In this document: positions 33,339-42,122 of the stretch, piece after piece
Position numbering within the stretch: position 1 is the first letter of the stretch
How the letters are laid out: every line of letters begins with the position of its first letter
Assembly: GCA_040880465.1 (NCBI GenBank)
Contig: JBBDIK010000012.1
Coordinates: 2,353-66,352 of the forward strand
Length of the DNA: 64,000 nt
Origin: Actinomycetota bacterium
GTDB taxonomy: Bacteria > Actinomycetota > UBA4738 > JBBDHU01
Direction of reading: 5' to 3'
Notes under the pieces: model-generated
What the model was told of the DNA's origin: nothing
Databases searched by the model: none
Seen by the model: the letters and a program-made list of their open reading frames with translations, nothing else
Program-made: the position numbers and the translations under genes

Positions 33339-34520
33339 ATGACGGTAGGAGACCTGAACGTGCGGGTGGACGGACGGCGCCTCCGCGAGGGCCGGTTGGC
33401 GCGGTTGCAGGAGGCGATGCGTGCGAACGATGTCGAGGCGTGTCTCCTGTTCAACCCGGCGAACGTTCGCTACGCGACCGGCGCCACGACCATGACCGTC
33501 TATTGCCTCGGTTCGTTCGTCCGGTGTGCCCTGGTGCCGGCCGAGGGCCGTCCGATGCTGTGCGAGCACCCGAACTCGATCCACCTGTTCGGTGACATCG
33601 AGGCTGACGTGCGCCCCTTCCACGCGTGGGAGTTCTACGACGACCCCGATGCGGAGGCGGTCATCTGGGCGAAGGAGACCGCCGACGCGATCCGCGAACT
33701 GGGGGTGACCGGTGACCGTGTCGCGATCGACAAGATCGCGCCGGTCGCATCCCGGGCACTCGAACGCGAGGGGTTCGAGATCACGGAGTCGGGCAACGTG
33801 ACGATGGACGCCCGAGCGGTCAAGACGCTCGAGGAGATCGAACTGTTCCGCGTCAACGGACGGTTGACCATGGACATGCTATCGGCGTTCGAGGCGGCGC
33901 TGGAACCCGGGGTCCGCGAGTGGGACCTCGTCGCCGTATCGACCGATGTGCTGATCCGCGGTGGCGGCGAGTACCTCATCACGCGCGGGGTCGCGTCGGG
34001 CCCCAACACCAACCCGTGGCGGCAAGAGGCAACCGACCGGATGATCGAGGCCGGTGACCTCGTGTACATCGACACGGACATGAACGGCGTCGAGGGGTAC
34101 TTCTATTGCGTCTCCCGGACGCTGGTGTGCGGTGATACCGATCCGACGCCCGAGCAACGCGACACGTATCGCGTCGCCCGCGACTGGGTGCTGCAGATGC
34201 GCGAGCTGATCCGTCCCGGACTCGGGTTCCGCGAGCTGGCGGAGCGTGCACCCAAGCTGCCCGAGCGTTTCGCGGCGCAGCGATACGAGACCCTCATGCA
34301 CAGCTGTGGGCTTGAGGATGAAGGCCCGAGCGTGTCCTACCCGGACGTCGGCCAGCCGAACCCCGACCGCTCGATCGAGCCCGGCATGGTGGTGGTGGCA
34401 GAGGCGTATTTCGGCGAGGTGGGCGCGCCCTTCGGGATCAAGCTCGGGGACGAGCTGCTGATCACCGACGACGGGGCCGAACTCTTGGCGCCGTACCCGT
34501 TCGCCGGCGCGTTCCTCTGA
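33339..34520 (+). CDS. M24 family metallopeptidase (Xaa-Pro dipeptidase/creatinase-like fold)
   Basis: Creatinase/prolidase N-domain followed by the pita-bread domain, with apparent metal ligands (IDTDMNG, HSCG, VVAEAYFGE). The 64-codon Arg-rich N-extension in the ORF track is rejected. Confidence 0.8.
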   Translation: MTVGDLNVRVDGRRLREGRLARLQEAMRANDVEACLLFNPANVRYATGATTMTVYCLGSFVRCALVPAEGRPMLCEHPNSIHLFGDIEADVRPFHAWEFYDDPDAEAVIWAKETADAIRELGVTGDRVAIDKIAPVASRALEREGFEITESGNVTMDARAVKTLEEIELFRVNGRLTMDMLSAFEAALEPGVREWDLVAVSTDVLIRGGGEYLITRGVASGPNTNPWRQEATDRMIEAGDLVYIDTDMNGVEGYFYCVSRTLVCGDTDPTPEQRDTYRVARDWVLQMRELIRPGLGFRELAERAPKLPERFAAQRYETLMHSCGLEDEGPSVSYPDVGQPNPDRSIEPGMVVVAEAYFGEVGAPFGIKLGDELLITDDGAELLAPYPFAGAFL

Positions 34521-34654
34521 TCCGGACGCGGAGCAGGGAGTACCCCCGGACGGCGGACGATCCGTGCCCGTCTTGACCGCAGTGGTAGAAGAGAACTCTG
34601 GAGCGAGCCGGGCCACTTCCCCGCTCGCGCGACCCGGGAAGGGGGTGCTGGCTC

Positions 34655-35071
34655 ATGGCCGCACTCGGAACGAAGGACATCAGCCTGGATCAGGCGAACG
34701 CCGCACTCGAGTCGGCGATCAAGAAGTCCGAGGAGATCGGCACCAAGATGGATATCGCCGTCGTGGATGCCGGTGGGAACCTGAAGGCGTTCGTGCGCCA
34801 GGACGGTGCGTGGATCGGCAGCATCGACATCTCGCAGAAGAAGGCACGCACCGCCCGCTACTTCGATATGAACACCGGCGACATCGGTAGCTTGTCACAG
34901 CCCGGCGGCCCGCTCTACAACATCGAGCACTCGAACGGTGGACTCATCACGTTCCCCGGCGGCGTGCCGATCAGGGACGGCGGCACTGTTATCGGTGCGA
35001 TCGGGGTATCCGGGTCGAGCGTCGAGGATGACCACACCGTCGCGCAGGCGGGAGCGGACGCGGTCCAGTAG
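34655..35071 (+). CDS. GlcG/HbpS-like heme-binding (DUF336) protein
   Basis: [16 protein letters not shown]...S...KA.TA and GG.PI...G..IGAIGVSG motifs. Confidence 0.85.
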   Translation: MAALGTKDISLDQANAALESAIKKSEEIGTKMDIAVVDAGGNLKAFVRQDGAWIGSIDISQKKARTARYFDMNTGDIGSLSQPGGPLYNIEHSNGGLITFPGGVPIRDGGTVIGAIGVSGSSVEDDHTVAQAGADAVQ

Positions 35072-35128
35072 CCCGACCCTCCTTCACCGCCGAAGGCATC
35101 GTCCGAACGACCGAGGAGGAGGAGAGGT

Positions 35129-36319
35129 ATGGCTGACAACCGCGGGGTCGCCTACATCGAGCCGGGGGTGGTCGAGCTTCAAGCCATCGAGTACCCGGAA
35201 CTTGCGTTGGGCGATCGATCATGCGAACACGGCGTCATCCTCAAGACCGTCGCCACGAACATCTGCGGAAGCGACCAGCACATGGTTCGTGGGCGCACGA
35301 CGGCGCCGGAGGGGCTGATCCTGGGACACGAGATCACCGGCGAGGTGGTCGAGAAGGGTCGCGACGTCGAGTTCATCGAGGTCGGAGACATCGTCTCCGT
35401 TCCGTTCAACATCGCCTGCGGGCGGTGCCGCAACTGCAAGGAAGGCAAGACGGGCATCTGCCTGAGCGTGAATCCGGCTCGTCCCGGTGCCGCGTACGGC
35501 TACGTCGACATGGGCGGCTGGATCGGGGGTCAGGCGGAATACGTCATGGTGCCCTACGCCGACTGGAACCTGCTCAAGTTCCCGGACCGGGATCAGGCGA
35601 TGGCGAAGATCAAGGATCTCGCGTTGCTCTCCGACATCTTCCCGACCGGGTTCCACGGCGCGGTCACGGCCGGGGTCGGGCCCGGATCGACCGTGTACGT
35701 CGCAGGTGCGGGGCCGGTCGGCCTCGCGTGTGCGACGGGCGCGCAGCTGCTGGGTGCGGCCGTGGTGATCGTCGGTGACCTGATCGACGAGCGTCTCGCA
35801 CAGGCCCGGAGTTTCGGGTGCGAGACTATCGACCTGAAGAAGGAGGCATCGCCGTCCGATCAGATCGAGCAGATCCTCGGTGTTCCCGAGGTCGACAGTG
35901 CGGTCGACTGCGTGGGCTTCGAGGCTCGCGGACATGGCGATGACGCCGGAGTCGAGAGGCCGGCCACCGTGCTGAACTCCGTGATGGAGATCACACGGGC
36001 CGGTGGTGCCATCGGGATCCCGGGTCTGTACGTGACCGGCGATCCGGGTGGCGTCGACGAGGACGCCAAGATCGGGCAGCTGGGCATCCGGATCGGGCTC
36101 GGGTGGGCGAAGTCCCACTTCTTCACGACGGGACAATGTCCGGTGATGAAGTACAACCGCAGCCTGATGATGGCGATCCTGCACGACAAGACCACGCCGG
36201 CAAAGAACGTCAACGTTCAGGCCATCTCGCTGGACGATGCCCCACAAGGGTATTCGGACTTCGACAAGGGTGCGGCGACCAAGTTCGTGATCGACCCTCA
36301 CGGGGTGATCGGGAACTAG
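35129..36319 (+). CDS. fdhA: glutathione-independent formaldehyde dehydrogenase (Zn-dependent MDR family)
   Basis: NICGSDQHMVRGR, LGHEITGEV, and the structural-Zn Cys cluster CGRCRNCKEGKTGIC. Length and GAGPVGLA are typical of FdhA. Confidence 0.85.
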   Translation: MADNRGVAYIEPGVVELQAIEYPELALGDRSCEHGVILKTVATNICGSDQHMVRGRTTAPEGLILGHEITGEVVEKGRDVEFIEVGDIVSVPFNIACGRCRNCKEGKTGICLSVNPARPGAAYGYVDMGGWIGGQAEYVMVPYADWNLLKFPDRDQAMAKIKDLALLSDIFPTGFHGAVTAGVGPGSTVYVAGAGPVGLACATGAQLLGAAVVIVGDLIDERLAQARSFGCETIDLKKEASPSDQIEQILGVPEVDSAVDCVGFEARGHGDDAGVERPATVLNSVMEITRAGGAIGIPGLYVTGDPGGVDEDAKIGQLGIRIGLGWAKSHFFTTGQCPVMKYNRSLMMAILHDKTTPAKNVNVQAISLDDAPQGYSDFDKGAATKFVIDPHGVIGN

Positions 36320-36377
36320 GCACACGTTGTGGGGGAAGGGCCGGTCTTCGGACCGGCCCTTCCCTAGTATCGAGGGC

Positions 36378-37457
36378 ATGGCTCGTCGGATCGTGCTCGC
36401 CGCCGTCCTCGCTCTGGCGCTCTCGGGGTCTTCGGTGGCCGAGGTCCGTGCGGGCGACTCGACGCCCGTGGAGTCTTCAGGGCCGCTTCGTTCGTTCGAC
36501 CTCGCAGCGAGCGGGGACATCCTGGTGCATTCGTCGGTGTGGAAGCGAGCCCGTGCGTATGCGACCGGTGGCGCACGCTTCGACTTCCGGCCGATGTTCG
36601 CGCAGGTTCGCAGCCTCATCGAGCCCTACGACCTGGCGCTCTGTCATCTCGAAACCCCGCTCTCGCGCAATGACACGAGCCTGTCCTCGTATCCCGTGTT
36701 CAACACTCCGCACGAGATCGCCGATGCGATCCGCTACGCGGGCTACGACGGGTGTTCGACCGCATCGAACCACTCGCTGGACCAGGGCTCGGCCGGGATC
36801 GACTCGACGCTGGACTGGCTCGAGAAGAAGGGTCTCGGCCATGCCGGAACCGCGCGCACCAAGGCCGAGTCACGCGGAACGACGTTCTACGATGTGAACG
36901 GCGTTCAGGTGGCTCACCTCTCGTATGCGTACGGGTTCAACGGGTTCGTCCCGCGCCATCCGTGGGAGGTGAACCGGATCCGGAGCAAGATGATCATCGC
37001 CGACGCGAAGCGTGCGCGCGACCGCGGCGCTGAGTTCACGATCGTCAGCCTCCACTGGGGGTGGGAGTACGTCACGATGCCGAGCGGGTACCAGCGGCGC
37101 GTGGCCCGGCAGATCATGCGCTCACCGGCCGCCGACCTGATCCTCGGCCATCACGCGCATACGGTGCAGCCGATCGGGTTCCGCTCGCAGAAGGTCGTGG
37201 TGTTCGGGATGGGGAACTTCTTGTCGGGCATGTTCCGGACTGCGGACCGACCCGGTGTCCAGGACGGCGTCGTCGTTCACCTGATGGTGCAGGAGCAGGC
37301 CGGTGGTGATCTCGAGGTGAGCGACGTCAGCTACACGCCGACCTGGGTGGATGCTGGCTCGTGGAAGATCTCACCGGCGACCGGGGCCTCCCGAACCCGT
37401 ACGATCAAGGCGATCAACCGCATGGGCGCGAACGACGACGGGGTGCACCCGGACTAA
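36378..37457 (+). CDS. CapA family (PGA_cap metallophosphatase-like) secreted protein
   Basis: Signal peptide. CapA-like blocks are DL.LCHLE.P, STASNHSLD, SLHWG.EY and LILGHHAH..QP. Confidence 0.75.
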   Translation: MARRIVLAAVLALALSGSSVAEVRAGDSTPVESSGPLRSFDLAASGDILVHSSVWKRARAYATGGARFDFRPMFAQVRSLIEPYDLALCHLETPLSRNDTSLSSYPVFNTPHEIADAIRYAGYDGCSTASNHSLDQGSAGIDSTLDWLEKKGLGHAGTARTKAESRGTTFYDVNGVQVAHLSYAYGFNGFVPRHPWEVNRIRSKMIIADAKRARDRGAEFTIVSLHWGWEYVTMPSGYQRRVARQIMRSPAADLILGHHAHTVQPIGFRSQKVVVFGMGNFLSGMFRTADRPGVQDGVVVHLMVQEQAGGDLEVSDVSYTPTWVDAGSWKISPATGASRTRTIKAINRMGANDDGVHPD

Positions 37458-38056
37458 GCGTCGGACTCCGCGGTCGCGTGGAGCCCGAGTTCGTGATCGA
37501 GCGCGCGGACCATCTCCGTGCGGGCGTCGTCGACCGTGATCCATCCGATCACGTTCTGCTTGGCGAGTGAATCCTGGATCAGGCAGAGCCGCAGGGCCGA
37601 CGCGTCGGGGTCGAGGTGCTCATCGATGTTCCCCTCGCTCTGAACCGCGCGGATCAGGCCGGCGATCATCGCGAGCCACATGCCGGTCTGGTCGGTCACG
37701 ACCTCGCGGATCCCCGGGTCGTAGATCGCGCCCGTCTCGAGTTCCATCCAGAAGATCCAGTCTTCGCGGATCTCAGGGGCGTCGTCGATGTAGAACGTGA
37801 GCAGGTGCGTCAGTCGTTGGACCGTGGTTTCGGCTTGGATGCGATCGGCAACGTATGCGGTGGCTCGCCCGTCGGCGTGGTCGAACGCGGATGAGATCAG
37901 CTCCATCTCGGTGGGGAAGTGCCGGTCGACCTCGTCGAAGGAGAGGCCCATCTGGTCGGCGACCTTCTGCAGGCTGAGGTCGCGCACGCCGCCCTGCGCC
38001 ACGATCATGCAGGTGGCCTCCAGGATCTCCGTCCGGCGGTCGTTCATGGAAAGCAC
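37454..38056 (-). CDS. TetR family transcriptional regulator
   Basis: N-terminal HTH (RRTEILEATCMIVAQGGVRDLSLQKVADQMGLS). Confidence 0.8.
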   Translation of the reverse strand: MLSMNDRRTEILEATCMIVAQGGVRDLSLQKVADQMGLSFDEVDRHFPTEMELISSAFDHADGRATAYVADRIQAETTVQRLTHLLTFYIDDAPEIREDWIFWMELETGAIYDPGIREVVTDQTGMWLAMIAGLIRAVQSEGNIDEHLDPDASALRLCLIQDSLAKQNVIGWITVDDARTEMVRALDHELGLHATAESDA

Positions 38057-38136
38057 CCCTTCGGAACATCATGGCACGGAGGGTCGGCCGCGCGCGAGCC
38101 CCCATCTGGGGGTCCCCTCGGGGTAGGCTCCCGGGC

Positions 38137-38679
38137 ATGAGCAAGCGGGAACCGGATCTGACCCTGCATCTGGATCGTGTCGAGGACCTGTTCGTTGCCT
38201 CCCATGTGGATCTGGCGGCGGGCAAGCTGGACGTCGACGCGGGGATGGATCAGCTCATGAGTGAGCTGCGCGCGCATCGCGGTCCCACCAAGGTGCGGGT
38301 CACGATCGCACTCCCTCGCGACGCGGCCGATCAGGTGTCGCGCGATCGGGTCCTTGAGCTGATCCGAACCTACTGCACGTCGACGATCCACCGGAACGAG
38401 AACGAGATCAAAGCCACACTGCGTGAGGGCGCGCGCTCGATGTTCCCGGCGACGCTCCTGCTGGCGGGGTGTCTCGCCCTCGCATTCGTCCTCGCCGCGT
38501 CGAAGGCCCTCGGTGAGGCAGGGACGCGGCTCGTCGGTGCCGGTCTCGGGATCGTTGGGTGGGTCGGGATGTGGCAGCCGCTCCAGCAGCTCCTCTATGA
38601 CTGGTGGCCCTGGCATCGCGACAACAAGCTGTACGCGATCCTGATGGCGATGGATCTCACCGTCCAAACCGAACGCTGA
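38137..38679 (+). CDS. hypothetical membrane protein
   Basis: ATG at 38137. Two C-terminal TM helices. No family recognised. Confidence 0.55.
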   Translation: MSKREPDLTLHLDRVEDLFVASHVDLAAGKLDVDAGMDQLMSELRAHRGPTKVRVTIALPRDAADQVSRDRVLELIRTYCTSTIHRNENEIKATLREGARSMFPATLLLAGCLALAFVLAASKALGEAGTRLVGAGLGIVGWVGMWQPLQQLLYDWWPWHRDNKLYAILMAMDLTVQTER

Positions 38680-38694
38680 GCCGCTCCCTTCGAC

Positions 38695-40071
38695 TCACTC
38701 CGCGCTGACGAGTTTCACCAGCGGCCACCCGCCGATCGCCAGACCGGTGATGTGGCCGGTGGGCCCGCGCCGGAAGGTGCAGGGCTCGCCGTTCCCGCGC
38801 CCCCCGTGGACGACGAAGACCAGCGGGTCGTCGGTGGGTTCGAGGACGCTGAGCTGCTCCCCGTGGCGTTCGTCGAACGACGAGAGTACGAGCCGGCCGC
38901 GGAGCCACTCGACGCGGGCGGGCGCGCTGTGGTCCTTCCAGGCGTAGATCCCGAGGAACTCTCCGAACGGCACCGGCACCGGCTGGGGAAGGTCGGGTGC
39001 GCCGCCGGGCGTCGGTGTCGACGCCCGGTCCAGGTCCTCGAGCCGAAGCAGGCGGGCCGCGAGCTTGCCCGTCGGGCCCTCGCCGTTCGTCAGCGCGACG
39101 ACCCCGACCCCGCGAGCGGGGGAGAAGAGGGCCATCCCGGTGAAGCCGAACGTTCCTCCGGCGTGGCCGATGTGGATCTCCCCATCCTCGCGTCGGTAGA
39201 CGCGCCATCCGAGCCCCATGGCCTGTGTCCAGTCGCGGTTCAGCACCCGCCGAGGACGGTGCATGTCCGCTAGCGAAGGGCCGGAGAGCACTTGGTCGCC
39301 ACCGCTGAGTTGCACGTCGGTTCGGAACTGCAGACGCAGCCACTTGGCGACGTCTTCCACCGAGGAACACAGCCCGCCGTCGGCGTCGGTCGCCTTGAGA
39401 CGGTCCGGCGAGGGTTGGAGCCGGTCGGAGAAGGCCGGCGGCTCATGCCCTCGTGCCGCCCGAGGGGCGAGCTCGCCGTCCAGTTCGAACGCGGTTGAGT
39501 CCATGCCCAGCGGTTCGAGCAGATGCTCGGTGATGTAGGTGCGGTACGGCTTTCCACCCGAACGCGCGATCACCTCGCCCAGCAGCTGGTAGCCCAGGTT
39601 CGAGTACTTCACTTCGCCGTCCGGTTCCACGGCAAGGGTCGTCTCCGGGAACCCCGCGATGATGTCGTCGATCGAGGGGAACCTGCGTTCGTCCCAGTCG
39701 AACGCAGTGGATTCGACCGGGACGCCGGCCTCGTGCGTCAAGAGCCGTCGCACGGTGACGTCCTCGATCGGTCCGAAGGGGTTCGTGACTTGCGCGAACT
39801 CGGGGATGTGCTCGACGAGCGGGTCGTCGAGTCGCAATCGGCCGGTGTCACGGAGCTGCAGGACCGACGCTGCGGTGAACGTCTTGGTGATGGACCCGAT
39901 CCGGTAGACGGTCGATGGGGAGGCCTCGGTCTCGGCGTCGAGGTCGGCGTGGCCGTAGGCGAGCGTTCGGACCGGGCCGTCGGCAGCGACGAGCGCAACG
40001 GCCACGCTCGGCAGCCGGTGCTCGCGGGCGAACGCGGCGATCAGTTCCTCGGAGCTCAGGTCCGTCGTCAT
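38695..40071 (-). CDS. serine hydrolase (beta-lactamase/D-Ala carboxypeptidase-like family)
   Basis: SITKTFTA (S-x-x-K) and YSNLGY (Y-x-N) motifs. Confidence 0.85.
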   Translation of the reverse strand: MTTDLSSEELIAAFAREHRLPSVAVALVAADGPVRTLAYGHADLDAETEASPSTVYRIGSITKTFTAASVLQLRDTGRLRLDDPLVEHIPEFAQVTNPFGPIEDVTVRRLLTHEAGVPVESTAFDWDERRFPSIDDIIAGFPETTLAVEPDGEVKYSNLGYQLLGEVIARSGGKPYRTYITEHLLEPLGMDSTAFELDGELAPRAARGHEPPAFSDRLQPSPDRLKATDADGGLCSSVEDVAKWLRLQFRTDVQLSGGDQVLSGPSLADMHRPRRVLNRDWTQAMGLGWRVYRREDGEIHIGHAGGTFGFTGMALFSPARGVGVVALTNGEGPTGKLAARLLRLEDLDRASTPTPGGAPDLPQPVPVPFGEFLGIYAWKDHSAPARVEWLRGRLVLSSFDERHGEQLSVLEPTDDPLVFVVHGGRGNGEPCTFRRGPTGHITGLAIGGWPLVKLVSAE

Positions 40072-40139
40072 CCCTGAGACGGTACCGAACTCCGGGCTGT
40101 GTCCGGGCCCGGCCCCTCGCGGTCGCCTACGCTTGCCGC

Positions 40140-40565
40140 ATGGGATGGGAGGTGCTCATCGGGATCGCGACCGCGCTGGCGGCGGCGTGGCTGCTCCTAC
40201 TGATTGCGCTCCTGATCGCCCGGCCCAAGGGGTCCGGTGCCGGTGAAGCGCTCCGGATCTTGCCGGACACGCTGAAGCTGCTGCGGCGGCTCGCGACCGA
40301 CCCGCGGGTCCCGCGAGGGGTTCGTATCGGGCTTTGGCTGCTCATCGCGTACCTGCTGTTCCCCCTCGATCTGGTGCCAGACTTCCTCCCGGTGATCGGG
40401 TACGCGGACGACGCGATCATCGCCGGTGTCGCGCTGCGGCTCGTGATCCGACACGCGGGGGCAGATGCCGTTCGGCGTCACTGGAGTGGGACCGAAGACG
40501 GTCTGGCGGCAGTGTGGAAGCTCGCGGGCTTGCCCGGGGAGCCGCCCGTGACGCCGGTGGCCTAG
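40140..40565 (+). CDS. DUF1232 (YkvA-like) membrane protein
   Basis: Signature DLVPDFLPVIGYADD. Confidence 0.75.
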   Translation: MGWEVLIGIATALAAAWLLLLIALLIARPKGSGAGEALRILPDTLKLLRRLATDPRVPRGVRIGLWLLIAYLLFPLDLVPDFLPVIGYADDAIIAGVALRLVIRHAGADAVRRHWSGTEDGLAAVWKLAGLPGEPPVTPVA

Positions 40566-41524
40566 CTCGACGCGGGCTCGGCGGGGATCGCGCCCATGCG
40601 ACCCGCCTGGTAGTCCTCGATCGCCTCGACGATCTCGTCCTTCGTGTTCATGACGAACGGGCCGTACCACGCGATCTGTTCGCGGATCGGGAGTCCGCCG
40701 AGCAGGAGCACCTCGACCGTCGGGTTGTGCGCGTCCTGGGACTCATCTGCCCGGAGTTCGAAGACGTCACCGTCGCCGAACACCGCGAGTTGTCCCTCAT
40801 CGATCGGGGTGCGCTCGACCCCGACGGATCCGCGGCCCGCCAGAACGTAGACGAGCGCGTTGAAGTCCTTGCGCCACGGCAGACGCAGACGCGCACCGGG
40901 CGAGATGCTGGCGTGCGCGTACGAGATCGGTGTCCTGGTCGCGCCGGGGCCCGCGTTCCCGGCGAGGTCCCCGGCGATGAGGCGAAGGACGGCCCCGCCG
41001 TCGTCGGTGGTCATGAGCGAAACAGCGTCGGCGTCGATGTCCTGGTAGCGCGGCGGGGACCACTTCTGATCCTTGGGCAGGTTCACCCAGAGCTGCACGC
41101 CGTGGAAGAGCCCGCCGCCGTCCAACAGGTCATCGGTCGGCATCTCCGAATGCACGATGCCGGCGCCGGCGGTCATCCACTGCGTGGCGCCGTCGGTGAT
41201 GACCCCGCCGCCGCCGTTGGAGTCTCGGTGGCGGATCTTGCCGTCCAGCATGTACGTCACGGTCTCGAACCCTCGGTGAGGATGGTCCGGCGCGCCCTTG
41301 GCCTCGCCGGGCGCGTACTCGACGGCCCCCATGTGGTCCAGCAGCAGGAACGGATCGGCGAAGCGCAGGTCGATGCCGGCGAACGCGCGTCGGACCTCGA
41401 ACCCCTCGCCCTCGAGGAACCGCGGGGCGTCCACGACCACGACGACCGGGCGGTCGGTTCCGGCCTCGGGCGGCGCCACGATCCGCGGCAGCGCCAGGGG
41501 ATCGTCCGGTGTGACGGCGGGCAT
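40562..41524 (-). CDS. pirin family protein
   Basis: HPHRGFETVTYML.G...H.DS.G and QLWVNLP motifs. The ATG at 41524 gives 320 aa. The upstream part of the 447-aa ORF is Ser/Arg-rich junk. Confidence 0.88.
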   Translation of the reverse strand: MPAVTPDDPLALPRIVAPPEAGTDRPVVVVVDAPRFLEGEGFEVRRAFAGIDLRFADPFLLLDHMGAVEYAPGEAKGAPDHPHRGFETVTYMLDGKIRHRDSNGGGGVITDGATQWMTAGAGIVHSEMPTDDLLDGGGLFHGVQLWVNLPKDQKWSPPRYQDIDADAVSLMTTDDGGAVLRLIAGDLAGNAGPGATRTPISYAHASISPGARLRLPWRKDFNALVYVLAGRGSVGVERTPIDEGQLAVFGDGDVFELRADESQDAHNPTVEVLLLGGLPIREQIAWYGPFVMNTKDEIVEAIEDYQAGRMGAIPAEPASS

Positions 41525-41600
41525 CAGGTCCTCTCCGGTCGGTGTGGCTGTTCCAACACACTCGTGGAAGAGCCTATTCCGTCCGTTAGCATCCGTGGTC

Positions 41601-42122
41601 ATGGACGATACGCCCAGCCGCGATGAAGCGCTTCGCATCATGCAGGACGAGCACCTACAGGTCGGGTCGCTCGTGGCGGCTCTGGATGATGAGGCCTTCA
41701 CACGCGCGGCTACGATCGGCGGTGGCGACTGGTCGGCTAAGGATCTCGTTGGGCACCTGACCACGTGGGAGGAGATCGCCCTCCGGTCGCTGGATGAGTG
41801 GCGGCTCGGCGATCGGCCGTGGATCGAAGAGGCGTCCGATGGGACGGCCGACGACGTCAACGCCGAGGCGCAAGGCCGGAAGTCGGGGCTCAGCGCCGCC
41901 GACATCCTCGGCGCCTTCGATGGCGTGTTCGAGCGGCTCGTCGGAGCGTTCCGGACGATCGCCGAGAACGAGTGGCGGCAGCCGGCCTCCTTCGACGCCG
42001 CGCCCGGAACGACGCTCGGCTCCTTCCTGGGCGACGTGCTCGGTGGACCGGCGGGGCCGTTCGCGCATGCGTCGGCGCATCTGGACGACCTGCGCGCCTA
42101 CGTCGAACGAGCTCGGGACTAG
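41601..42122 (+). CDS. DinB-like (four-helix-bundle, MDMPI_N/DinB_2-type) protein
   Basis: WSAKDLVGHLTTWEE...H...H pattern. The family-level call is tentative. Confidence 0.55.
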   Translation: MDDTPSRDEALRIMQDEHLQVGSLVAALDDEAFTRAATIGGGDWSAKDLVGHLTTWEEIALRSLDEWRLGDRPWIEEASDGTADDVNAEAQGRKSGLSAADILGAFDGVFERLVGAFRTIAENEWRQPASFDAAPGTTLGSFLGDVLGGPAGPFAHASAHLDDLRAYVERARD

